From a virus: a stretch of 64,000 nucleotides of DNA. The DNA is taken from IMG/VR virus record IMGVR_UViG_3300017917_002740, positions 1-64,000 of that record; one strand, written 5' to 3'. Positions 18,181-26,618 of this stretch are shown one piece after another. The position numbers and the translations under genes are program-made. A model generated the notes under the pieces. It was given only the letters and a program-made list of their open reading frames with translations. It had not been told where the DNA came from and made no database searches. Position 1 is the first letter of the stretch. Each line of letters starts with the position of its first letter.

Positions 18181-18393
18181 TTATTTTTTCTTTTCTGGAA
18201 CTTTAGTAGCTTCGTGTTTTTCACGAATTTTTACATCTTTACAATTCTGTTTGGTTTGTTTTGTTTTTGGGTCAACAACTGGCTTGCCGTCCTTCATAAC
18301 ATCCACACAGACTTTTTTGGTTTTTGGTGCTTCGTCTGCAGCAAAAGCTGGAACTGCAAAAACTAAACCTGCTACAAATATTAAGTGTTTCAT
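18181..18393 (-). CDS. small secreted protein with signal peptide and two Cys
   Basis: MKHLIFVAGLVFAVPAFA|ADE signal peptidase I site. Confidence 0.7.
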   Translation of the reverse strand: MKHLIFVAGLVFAVPAFAADEAPKTKKVCVDVMKDGKPVVDPKTKQTKQNCKDVKIREKHEATKVPEKKK

Positions 18394-18405
18394 TTTATTT
18401 TTCCT

Positions 18406-18909
18406 TTATAGTTCTGGTTGATCTGGTTGTACAGGCATTGGTTTACCTGTGCTGCTAAATGTCGGTGACGCCGTAAACTGTGATGAGTTACCACCAAAAC
18501 TTGTTGTTGGTGCCGGAGCACTAAAACTTGGTACAGGCTTTGGAGCCGGAGCAGCTATTGGAGCCGGAGCGAAACTCGGAGTTGGTGTAGGTGCTGGTAA
18601 ACTTAAACCACCGTTATTGGCACCACCTAACTTTTCTTGTGTACGTCCGTAAGCAGCGATACCAAGTATAGCACCCATAGCAATATGGAATAGTCCTGCA
18701 CCTTGTAAGGTAATCGGTTGCCACTGAGCTTTAACTTCACCTCCGCCGTGAACTTGTACAATACTCCATAAAATTGGAAATATAACAAAGTCTGCCATGC
18801 AGACTGCCATATACATCCAACCCATCATTGGACGCCATTTATTATTCATCCAATCTTCTTTTTTCTTTTCTGAGTCGCTCATTTTTGCGTATTCTTCTGC
18901 GGTTGCCAT
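18406..18909 (-). CDS. holin (3TM/GTA-holin-like) with Pro-rich tail
   Basis: WMNNKWRPMMGW...GAILGIAAYGRTQEK; position in the lysis cassette. Confidence 0.75.
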   Translation of the reverse strand: MATAEEYAKMSDSEKKKEDWMNNKWRPMMGWMYMAVCMADFVIFPILWSIVQVHGGGEVKAQWQPITLQGAGLFHIAMGAILGIAAYGRTQEKLGGANNGGLSLPAPTPTPSFAPAPIAAPAPKPVPSFSAPAPTTSFGGNSSQFTASPTFSSTGKPMPVQPDQPEL

Positions 18910-18937
18910 TGTTTCGCTCCTTTAGCAATATATACTG

Positions 18938-19198
18938 TTATTTAACTGCTTTGTCAAAAATCTCTTTCTGCTCTTTGTGCCATTGTAACCATGCATCTAC
19001 TTTTACACGACATTCATAATATGTGCTGTAATTAACTACCACAACATCTAATAATTTGCTTAATTCTTGTGTTTCTTTAGCAGCCTCTTGTAATTCGGGG
19101 CAGGCTGTTTTAAGTTCTGGAGGAATATCAGGAAACTTAGGCGCAGTGGCCAAACAACCAGTTAAAAATAGTGTAGGAATCAAAGCCCATACTTTCAT
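18938..19198 (-). CDS. o-spanin (outer-membrane lipoprotein)
   Basis: Lipobox LTGC, Pro-rich N-region, overlaps the i-spanin stop codon. Confidence 0.8.
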   Translation of the reverse strand: MKVWALIPTLFLTGCLATAPKFPDIPPELKTACPELQEAAKETQELSKLLDVVVVNYSTYYECRVKVDAWLQWHKEQKEIFDKAVK

Positions 19199-19665
19199 TG
19201 CTTTTTCTCCACAGATTTATTCTTGGCCGCAGCATTGTGAATATCGATAGCTTCTGGAGCTACCTTACATTCTTTGTCGATCACTTTCGCCACTTCGCGA
19301 ATTCTATCTTGATAGACAATTCTATTTTCTACAATAGTTTTTTGTTTCTTTTTAATTTCAGCATCAAGTTTTGTGTTAAGTTCAGCTGCTTGTTTTTCAG
19401 CCAATGCTGCTTTTTCTTGAGCTATACGAACTTTTTCACGCCAATGTGCTTCTACAGAGTATCCACCTTTGAAATAGATACCTGCTACTAAAAGGACTGC
19501 ACTGGCTATTTGTAATAATAGATAGTAGGGAGAAAGTGCTGGGAACCAGCGCAGAATTCTGTGAAGTACAAAGAAAAACAGAATTGAGCCAACAACACCT
19601 GCCAACAGAATTAAGTTAATAATATAAATTAAAAAGCTGTCAGGTATAAAGCTCAACATCCACAT
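19195..19665 (-). CDS. i-spanin
   Basis: N-terminal TM segments plus periplasmic coiled coil and C-terminal Cys. Confidence 0.75.
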   Translation of the reverse strand: MWMLSFIPDSFLIYIINLILLAGVVGSILFFFVLHRILRWFPALSPYYLLLQIASAVLLVAGIYFKGGYSVEAHWREKVRIAQEKAALAEKQAAELNTKLDAEIKKKQKTIVENRIVYQDRIREVAKVIDKECKVAPEAIDIHNAAAKNKSVEKKQ

Positions 19666-20294
19666 CAGTGTGCTCCAAAAATGTGCAGAGCGTGATTGTA
19701 ATGTTTGATGCGATCTTCAAGACCGATTGTACCACCGTTAATGCGTTTGGTCAATGTCAAGATGTCGCCTTTGTCTGCCCATTGATTTAAGTTGTTTTGA
19801 TCCCAGAAGAAACAAGCCGATTGTACAGCACCTTCAAATGTTTCGAGATACTCTGTAGCTTCTTCGATAGGAATTTCTAAACTACCTGCAAAGAATGTAT
19901 AGTTGTCTTTGCCAGTTAACTGGATTAATCCACGTCCGCAATATCTCCAGCCATCACCACTTTCCTCAGGACCGTTGCCCATACGGTTAGCATAAACTCT
20001 ATTGGCAATCATTTCTGGCTTGTTAGCGTATTGAGCTGCTAACTCATCTGTGGGAAAATACTTAGGAAACACTTTACGTAGACTTGCTGCTTTATAATTT
20101 AAATTTTCTTTTAAGAAAATAAAACCTCCACTCTCATGGGCGCACTGTGCTAAGAATGCTGCCACACGTTGAGGAGTATTAATATCGTACTCTGGAAGAA
20201 TTTCAGCGAGAGCGTGATACCATTGATCCACATAAGGATTGCGTGGAATCATATCTTTTAACTGCTCTTTGGTAAATTCAAATGTAAAGCTCAT
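19665..20294 (-). CDS. GH19 chitinase-like endolysin
   Basis: AAFLAQCAHESGG, ENLNY, YCGRGLIQLTGKDNY, TKRINGG. Confidence 0.92.
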   Translation of the reverse strand: MSFTFEFTKEQLKDMIPRNPYVDQWYHALAEILPEYDINTPQRVAAFLAQCAHESGGFIFLKENLNYKAASLRKVFPKYFPTDELAAQYANKPEMIANRVYANRMGNGPEESGDGWRYCGRGLIQLTGKDNYTFFAGSLEIPIEEATEYLETFEGAVQSACFFWDQNNLNQWADKGDILTLTKRINGGTIGLEDRIKHYNHALHIFGAH

Positions 20295-21040
20295 TGTTCG
20301 ATCCTTTTAAGTAACATTGATTTGTTGCCGCTATTAAAAACAAAACTGTCGCCAATTTTATTAATGCTATAATCGCCTAAAACCTTTGTAAGCCAAAATA
20401 CTTCGCTGGTAGCGGCTTCGTCAACACTGAAGCCATCTTCTATACCTTCTAATATATTTTCTGCTCCTGCCTCTTTGACGATTTCTAATTTTATCTTTTT
20501 GTCATAGAGTTTGTGAATAGTAATTACATTACCATCTAAGGTCAAGTCATCCATTAAAGTCTTACTGAAAAATTTCTTGATACCTTCGGTTTTAATTTTA
20601 GTTAACAGCCCTGTGTAGGCTTCTGGTGTTTCTGGAATGTGTGCTTTGAGATTTTCTTCAGTGGCTTCTTGTACTGAAGATTCTTTGTGATACTTAAATT
20701 TAAAATCATCTATACCTGTGAGTTTTCTCACACCGTAAGTTAGTTCTTTAATCTGTTCAGCCAACTGCGGGGTACGGCTTAATTCTACAAACACAGAATA
20801 CTCTCCGTTGTTGTCTTCGCCGGAACTGATGTCTGCATCTAATACAAAGTTATAACCTTTTTCGATAAATTCCATTAGGTCTTTGGCCGGTGAACGGTCC
20901 TTGACTTTGAAACTGACCACGCAGACATCTTGATCCTCGCCCATCTTAGAACGAAATGTATCTACTTCGAAGGTAGGATGTACCATCTCTTTTAAATCTA
21001 AAGGACGCAATCCCTCATTAAGCTGCTGGTGCTGCTGCAT
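20291..21040 (-). CDS. conserved phage hypothetical protein
   Basis: Probable start MQQHQQLNE|G; SKMG.D.DV.V.SF motif. Confidence 0.65.
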   Translation of the reverse strand: MQQHQQLNEGLRPLDLKEMVHPTFEVDTFRSKMGEDQDVCVVSFKVKDRSPAKDLMEFIEKGYNFVLDADISSGEDNNGEYSVFVELSRTPQLAEQIKELTYGVRKLTGIDDFKFKYHKESSVQEATEENLKAHIPETPEAYTGLLTKIKTEGIKKFFSKTLMDDLTLDGNVITIHKLYDKKIKLEIVKEAGAENILEGIEDGFSVDEAATSEVFWLTKVLGDYSINKIGDSFVFNSGNKSMLLKRIEQ

Positions 21041-21548
21041 TAGCCATCTCCTGTGCCTGTTGTTCTGCTGGATCGATAGTGGCATTAACACCGGACTGAC
21101 CTACAATGTCTTCGATCTTATTCTTGTCTAATTCTGTGTAACCACGATTAATATCGTGCATTAATTTTTTAGGCATTGCAATCTTGATCATCCAAATTGG
21201 TTCGTGATCAATTTTGCCCTTGCGTGTTCCTGGACGAATATCGTCAGGAGTTTTAATTTTACGGACTTTGGCCAATTGACTTTCGGCTACCTGTACACTA
21301 CAACCGTATTCTAATAAACGTTTGCCGCCTTCAGGTTCTGGCAATTTATCATAGGGCCACATAAAAGTACACTCTACATAATATCTACTTTCTTTAGGGC
21401 CGCTGACTAATTCACCGTCGATCCAGTTGTCAAACACATAAACGTCTAATTCGTCAATAACTCGCTCAAAGTCCTTGAGTAAATTTAGACTGTTGTTAGA
21501 ACCATAGATTTGCTCTACGTTTTGTATAATATCTTTAATATCAGCCAT
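21018..21548 (-). CDS. conserved phage late hypothetical protein
   Basis: GGGAG SD and late box at 21563-21568. Confidence 0.7.
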   Translation of the reverse strand: MADIKDIIQNVEQIYGSNNSLNLLKDFERVIDELDVYVFDNWIDGELVSGPKESRYYVECTFMWPYDKLPEPEGGKRLLEYGCSVQVAESQLAKVRKIKTPDDIRPGTRKGKIDHEPIWMIKIAMPKKLMHDINRGYTELDKNKIEDIVGQSGVNATIDPAEQQAQEMANAAAPAA

Positions 21549-21623
21549 AATATCTCCCTTTGTATTTATCGCGATTTTTTAAACATAAACTATAATATTT
21601 TAAGAAGCTTGTTAAATACTTTT

Positions 21624-21685
21624 GTGTTCGGTCACGGACACTACGGTTAGAGGTCCGTGCCTAACACTTAAAAGGAGGGCTAACC
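21624..21685 (+). promoter_or_regulatory. structured phoH 5' leader (long hairpin plus pseudoknot next to the RBS)
   Basis: GTGTT.GG.CACGGAC/GTCCGTG.CC.AACAC stem; loop GGTTAG is complementary to CTAACC between SD and ATG. Confidence 0.55.
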
Positions 21686-21690
21686 TTAAT

Positions 21691-22431
21691 ATGAAGCGAA
21701 GAAAAGCGCAAGCACAGCAAAAAGAGCAATATGATGTACGATTTCACAACAACGTTATAAATATTGATCAGAGATTAAACGAAAAGCGTAAGCGAGTTCA
21801 AATTTATCCCAAGAATTTAAGTCAAGAAACTTACTTACTTAAACTAAACGACACCAATAAAATGATAGTTTTTGCCATTGGCCCTGCAGGCACAGGTAAA
21901 ACCATGCTGGGTGTTCAATGGGCAATTGATCAATTAAAATACGGATCTGCGGATAAAATCATTATTACTCGTCCTGCTGTAAGTGTTGATGAGCAACACG
22001 GATTCTTGCCCGGGGACCTGAATCAAAAAATGGAACCTTGGACCAAGCCTATTTTTGATGTTTTCGCGGAAAACTTTAACGCCAGAGAAATAGAAAACTT
22101 TGTGAGAGAGGGGGTGATTGAAACCAGTCCTTTGGCTTATATGCGCGGCAGAACTTTTAAAAATGCAGTTATCATTGCAGATGAAATGCAAAATGCCACA
22201 CCGTCACAGATGAAAATGTTGTTGACCAGATTAGGCACAGGCAGCAAAATGGTAGTTACAGGAGACCTACAACAAGCTGACCGCCCCAGCAACAACGGAC
22301 TTTTAGAGTTTTTACAACTCTTTAATAACTTTGAAGATCACAGATACGTTGACCTTGTACACTTTACAGTGGAAGACGTTGAACGTCACGAGGCAGTAAA
22401 GGAGATATTAGCGATCTACGGCGATTCTTAA
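21691..22431 (+). CDS. phoH: PhoH-family ATPase
   Basis: GPAGTGKT, TRPAV, GFLPG, YMRGRTF, DEMQN, TGDLQQ.D. Confidence 0.95.
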   Translation: MKRRKAQAQQKEQYDVRFHNNVINIDQRLNEKRKRVQIYPKNLSQETYLLKLNDTNKMIVFAIGPAGTGKTMLGVQWAIDQLKYGSADKIIITRPAVSVDEQHGFLPGDLNQKMEPWTKPIFDVFAENFNAREIENFVREGVIETSPLAYMRGRTFKNAVIIADEMQNATPSQMKMLLTRLGTGSKMVVTGDLQQADRPSNNGLLEFLQLFNNFEDHRYVDLVHFTVEDVERHEAVKEILAIYGDS

Positions 22432-22670
22432 TCGTTAGGTAAGTAGGGGGTCAGGCGATCCCCTAACATTCTTTTATAAAACTCGATCATGTCGTCATAG
22501 CCTGCATCGGGATTTAAACCATTTTTGATTACTTTCTTGTCTTTAAGATCAAGAATAACTTTTGCGCTCTGCACATGACTCATTCTATAGTGTCTTTTAA
22601 ATTCTGTTAGTTCGTCGTATTTGCCTGTGGGCTTCTTAACATAGCTAACAATCATATATCTTTCATTCAT
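22428..22670 (-). CDS. hypothetical protein
   Basis: Last ORF of the minus-strand operon, convergent with phoH. Confidence 0.65.
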   Translation of the reverse strand: MNERYMIVSYVKKPTGKYDELTEFKRHYRMSHVQSAKVILDLKDKKVIKNGLNPDAGYDDMIEFYKRMLGDRLTPYLPND

Positions 22671-23157
22671 TTACAGGGTTTCCTTGTTCGTCAACTTCAA
22701 TCCAGGTATAGTCACCTAACCATTTTACTCTACAAATATAATCATAATCTTCTGGAGCACCGGTGGTCCATTGTGTAGGACCCATATGAGTTAGTATACT
22801 GTGTTGTTTTCTTGTGTTATAGGCCAACCAATAGATCTGTCCATGATAGGTTTGAAAATCATATTTGGCAGCATGAACCCAGTCTGTGATCTCTAATCTA
22901 CGTTTTATGCTGGCAGCTTGTTTTTGTAAAACTGATACAAGTTCCATGATACGATTATATTCCTGTTGCCCATGCATACGAGCAACATTGATCATTATAT
23001 CTTTTTGCTTTTCTACGGGAATTAAATCAAATGAAGGGCCGCCGACTTCTGTGGGATAGGGTGTTACATTCTTATTAAAAAATGCTACAAGACTGTCGCC
23101 AACTTCGGCATCAAAACTTTTAGCACCTTTGGCCACATTTGATTTCTTTTCAGCCAT
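22663..23157 (-). CDS. DUF2452-like protein
   Basis: PYPTEVGGPSF...VHAAKYDFQ..HGQIYWL...WLGDYTW pattern. Confidence 0.55.
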   Translation of the reverse strand: MAEKKSNVAKGAKSFDAEVGDSLVAFFNKNVTPYPTEVGGPSFDLIPVEKQKDIMINVARMHGQQEYNRIMELVSVLQKQAASIKRRLEITDWVHAAKYDFQTYHGQIYWLAYNTRKQHSILTHMGPTQWTTGAPEDYDYICRVKWLGDYTWIEVDEQGNPVNE

Positions 23158-24070
23158 TGAGTTTTGACAATCTAATCAATGTGGAAGATAGATTGATCTC
23201 TGGATCTACAATTAACGCATGATCCACTAAACCTTGTTTGATAATCAAGATTGCTTTATGTTGATTATCTTCACCACCGAAGATTTCGATGTTGTCATAC
23301 AGCCATCTATAAACTTCTTCCATTTCCTCAGCACGTAGTTTGCCACAGAGCATCTTTCTTGCTTCTAATATTTTACCTGCTTTGAAAAGCTCGACCATGT
23401 CAAACTTCCAATCAGCGGCACCTGTATCACCTTTGTTTGGCGGATTTAGTTTGTTTTCCTGTATGTTTTGCTGTATAAGATTCAAGCACTTTCTTAAATC
23501 GGGATAAGTTGTAGACACATAGTTCGCTACATCTTCTAATTCATAACTGACATTTTCTTTCTTTAACACAGTTTCTACTCGTTCAACAAACTTTTCCATG
23601 TCTGTGCGTTCGATGTGAAAGCCTTGGCAACGACTGTGAATAGCTGGAATAATACGATTAGGATAGTTACAGGTTAAAATAAATCTTGCAGTTGCGTGAA
23701 ACTCTTCCATAACTCCGCGAAGTGCTGCCTGTGCGTTAGGACTCAGGTAATCTGCCTCATCCAGTAGAACTACTTTAAATGGACCAAATGGAATCATCTG
23801 TACAAAGTTTGTGATCTTATCACGAACATCATCTACAGAGTTAGTACGTGATGCGTTGATTTCTAACACATCATAATCTTCAATTCCCATTTCGTTGATC
23901 AAGATCTTGGCCAAAGTTGTTTTACCTATGCCAGCACTGCCGCTTAATAGTAAATGTGGAATACTTTTATCTTTAATCCAAGTTTCTACTTGTTTACGTT
24001 GATGAGCATCTCTAAAAACATAGCCGTCTATGCTCTTAGGACGATATTTTTCTACCCATAAATCTTTCAT
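23150..24070 (-). CDS. clamp loader ATPase (gp44/RFC-small-like)
   Basis: LWVEKYRP, GSAGIGKTT, LDEAD, SRC motif. Confidence 0.92.
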   Translation of the reverse strand: MKDLWVEKYRPKSIDGYVFRDAHQRKQVETWIKDKSIPHLLLSGSAGIGKTTLAKILINEMGIEDYDVLEINASRTNSVDDVRDKITNFVQMIPFGPFKVVLLDEADYLSPNAQAALRGVMEEFHATARFILTCNYPNRIIPAIHSRCQGFHIERTDMEKFVERVETVLKKENVSYELEDVANYVSTTYPDLRKCLNLIQQNIQENKLNPPNKGDTGAADWKFDMVELFKAGKILEARKMLCGKLRAEEMEEVYRWLYDNIEIFGGEDNQHKAILIIKQGLVDHALIVDPEINLSSTLIRLSKLNG

Positions 24071-24447
24071 TGTTTTTCCTGTTTGCTAACAAATGGTGTT
24101 AAGTCTGGAGCGGTCCATCCTATAGGTTTAAGCACTTTGCCATCTTCACGTTTACGAACTTTGCCTGTTTCGGAATCAATTTTTGCAAAGTTGGTACGCA
24201 TGACTTCTTTCCAAGCACCTTCTGCATCGGCACCCATTGAATGAACAGCGCCAATTGTGACTACTAATATGTCAATTAAAGCATCAAGCATTTCAACTTT
24301 ATTCTCAGCAAGTATAGCTTGATTTAATTCTTCTGCTTCTTCTTCGATTAATTTAAGATACATGTTAAATTGATCTGTATTTCCACGATCCACAGTTTGA
24401 TCGCAGGCCCGCATGAATTTTTCTTGATCGCGAAACGGATTAGTCAT
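24067..24447 (-). CDS. MazG-like/HAD-PRA-PH nucleoside triphosphate pyrophosphohydrolase
   Basis: LIEEEAEEL...LDALIDILVV...N.AK...REDGKVLKP. Confidence 0.85.
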   Translation of the reverse strand: MTNPFRDQEKFMRACDQTVDRGNTDQFNMYLKLIEEEAEELNQAILAENKVEMLDALIDILVVTIGAVHSMGADAEGAWKEVMRTNFAKIDSETGKVRKREDGKVLKPIGWTAPDLTPFVSKQEKQ

Positions 24448-24456
24448 TGTATCTCC

Positions 24457-24699
24457 TTAAGACTTTAGAATCTTAATGATACGCTTTTTTTCTTGTTCTT
24501 GCAACCACTCCTGCTCCAATTCGCCAAAATTCGGAGCATTTGATAGAGCTTGGTCTATGAGATTTTTGAGTTGATATAAATCTTTTTTTAGTTCAAACGC
24601 AGTAAATCCATCGTTGTAACTGCTGGAGCACTCACGAGAAAGAGCGTGGACTTGATGAGCTACGTCTTCCACGCTCCATGATTTTTTCTTAAGCTGCAT
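24457..24699 (-). CDS. hypothetical protein
   Basis: Coupled ORF. Confidence 0.65.
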   Translation of the reverse strand: MQLKKKSWSVEDVAHQVHALSRECSSSYNDGFTAFELKKDLYQLKNLIDQALSNAPNFGELEQEWLQEQEKKRIIKILKS

Positions 24700-25106
24700 T
24701 ATTTTTTAATAAAATCTTCTGGACTGATATTCAAACTTGAACCGTTTGAAAATTCTTGTCCGATATAGAAATCATTGGGTTTTTCATCCGATACTAACAG
24801 GATAGATTCTACTTCTACCTTTTGAACTTCTTTGACGCTTTCTCCGTCGTCGATTTTAATTTTACGAGTCCACCGGCCGTGTTCGATAAGAATCCATTGC
24901 CCTGCTTTGACATCTAATTCACATCGGTTACCGACTTTATAAATCTGAGCCCAACGTGGCTTAACACCGTGTGCCTTACCGTCATCACTTTGAATAATTA
25001 ATCCGCCTGCAGTTTTCATTTCGCCTATGTCCATGTTGAACACAAGAATATCTTTGCTTAATGGGCGAACCTTAATCTTTTTAGCTTCAAGTCCAAACAT
25101 TGACAA
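24699..25106 (-). CDS. GroES-like co-chaperonin (gp31-like)
   Basis: VRPLSKDILV...KTAGGLII...VG...VKAG. Confidence 0.75.
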   Translation of the reverse strand: MSMFGLEAKKIKVRPLSKDILVFNMDIGEMKTAGGLIIQSDDGKAHGVKPRWAQIYKVGNRCELDVKAGQWILIEHGRWTRKIKIDDGESVKEVQKVEVESILLVSDEKPNDFYIGQEFSNGSSLNISPEDFIKK

Positions 25107-25109
25107 TCC

Positions 25110-25340
25110 TTATTTTTTATTGCCGCGAGCAGCTACTTCTTCACGTAACGCATTTGGATTCTGTGTGTAATAATCCTGTAACACCTGTTCTCTGGTGCGA
25201 ATAATTTTTCCACCTGGACCGATTTCGTCGCCACGTGCATTGACTTTCATGTTACCTACTGCTGGGGTTTTTTCGTGTACTAATGACAGTTTTTCCATAT
25301 CAATCTGTTTGCCTCGTACACTGGTATATGTTCTACCCAT
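25110..25340 (-). CDS. conserved small phage protein
   Basis: GKQIDM...AVGNMKVNARGD..GPGG. Confidence 0.65.
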   Translation of the reverse strand: MGRTYTSVRGKQIDMEKLSLVHEKTPAVGNMKVNARGDEIGPGGKIIRTREQVLQDYYTQNPNALREEVAARGNKK

Positions 25341-25341
25341 T

Positions 25342-25809
25342 TTATATCTCCTTGAAGAATTCTTCTATTGGTAAGTTGTATTTAATACTATCTATCTTAT
25401 GGACCCCTATCAAATAGAGTACGTAGCTGGCCACTGAACTACCACGTCCTACACCCCAGACTATGTTATTTTCTCTAAGAGTATCAACAATATACTTCAT
25501 TACATGCAGTACATCGTACAATCCGTGTTTAATATATAGTTCTAATTCTCTATTTACACGATCTCTTTGCTCGTCAGTTTCGCATAGATCATACAGCATC
25601 GCTACTAAATCTGGACAATAGTCTTTGGGGATAAACCAATTTGTTGTGTCTATTTCTTTAGAAGGTATTGGATAGTTAAGTTTTTCTTTGTCGATGCGAT
25701 TGAAATATTGATCAAGATCATCAGAACACAAACAATGCTCCAAAATATCTGGACCATGTTTGATAATACCTTGTATTAGTTGTTCTTGAGTGTTTGTTTC
25801 AGTCCACAT
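25342..25809 (-). CDS. DNA polymerase III alpha (DnaE)-like fragment
   Basis: RVNRELEL...YIVD.LRENNIVWGVGRGSSVASYVLYLIGVHKID..KYNL..EEFF; no PDxDxD motif. Confidence 0.8.
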   Translation of the reverse strand: MWTETNTQEQLIQGIIKHGPDILEHCLCSDDLDQYFNRIDKEKLNYPIPSKEIDTTNWFIPKDYCPDLVAMLYDLCETDEQRDRVNRELELYIKHGLYDVLHVMKYIVDTLRENNIVWGVGRGSSVASYVLYLIGVHKIDSIKYNLPIEEFFKEI

Positions 25810-26029
25810 TGATCAATTGATCCAAATCGTCATTACCATTCTTAAGTTTAATAGAGTGTCTTTTACTAAGTTCATCTCTATATATTGTAATGAATGTTGA
25901 CAGTTGTGTCAAGAGATCTCTGCTGCCCAAACGAGCAGCAGCGTAGTATTTTTTGTTCAATTCGATTAGTTTTTGCTCAACTTCGGCATCTTTTAATTCA
26001 CTGAGATCGCCTTCGAGAGGATGAAACAT
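25799..26029 (-). CDS. hypothetical protein
   Basis: Coupled helical ORF. Confidence 0.65.
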   Translation of the reverse strand: MFHPLEGDLSELKDAEVEQKLIELNKKYYAAARLGSRDLLTQLSTFITIYRDELSKRHSIKLKNGNDDLDQLINVD

Positions 26030-26030
26030 T

Positions 26031-26618
26031 TTAGCTGAAGCTTCCTATGTAATGCATAAAGAATGTAGACTCGGTATGTCGCCATACATCAAATACGATA
26101 GCAGTTGTAGCTGAAGTTAATGTTACTACAGGTATTCCAGAAGAGTAACCTGGAAACCCTTCGGACTTAACTGCTGTGGCGCCGCTGCCAGACAACGTAA
26201 AGTTTACAGTTTTAGAATTATTGTCGTTGCCGTAAAGTTCTACTCTGACTTTGCCCAATGAAGCACCGTCTGATGGAAAGTTCAAGAAATCAAATGTAAA
26301 CGAACTGGTTGAAATTGTAAAAACTTGATAATTTCCATTTTCAAAATCTATAGTAGATGTTATTACCGGGATTGTTCCTGCATTTAGGATTTTTTCTTTA
26401 TTATTGATTAGAGATGCATTAGTTATTGTATTTTGGTTAAAATCGTTTTCTTGATCTGTTCGAGCAACATTGTCCTGTAGATCTTCAATTTCAGTTTTAG
26501 CTGCTGAAAAATTAGTTTTGATTGTATCAAAATTATCACGAAAAACCTGTGTATCATTGTCCTGTCCAGCTACAGGAAAGTTTTCATTTATTGCTGCGAA
26601 ATTAATATTGCTCGTCAC
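26031..26618 (-). CDS. virion structural protein (baseplate/fibre-associated)
   Basis: N-terminal FPVAGQDND.Q.FRDNF..IKTNF coiled segment; beta-rich C-terminus. Confidence 0.65.
   Translation of the reverse strand: MTSNINFAAINENFPVAGQDNDTQVFRDNFDTIKTNFSAAKTEIEDLQDNVARTDQENDFNQNTITNASLINNKEKILNAGTIPVITSTIDFENGNYQVFTISTSSFTFDFLNFPSDGASLGKVRVELYGNDNNSKTVNFTLSGSGATAVKSEGFPGYSSGIPVVTLTSATTAIVFDVWRHTESTFFMHYIGSFS

Noticed and set aside
18541-18570. tggagccggagc repeated twice
   Set aside because: Explained by the Ala-Pro linker coding in the holin tail
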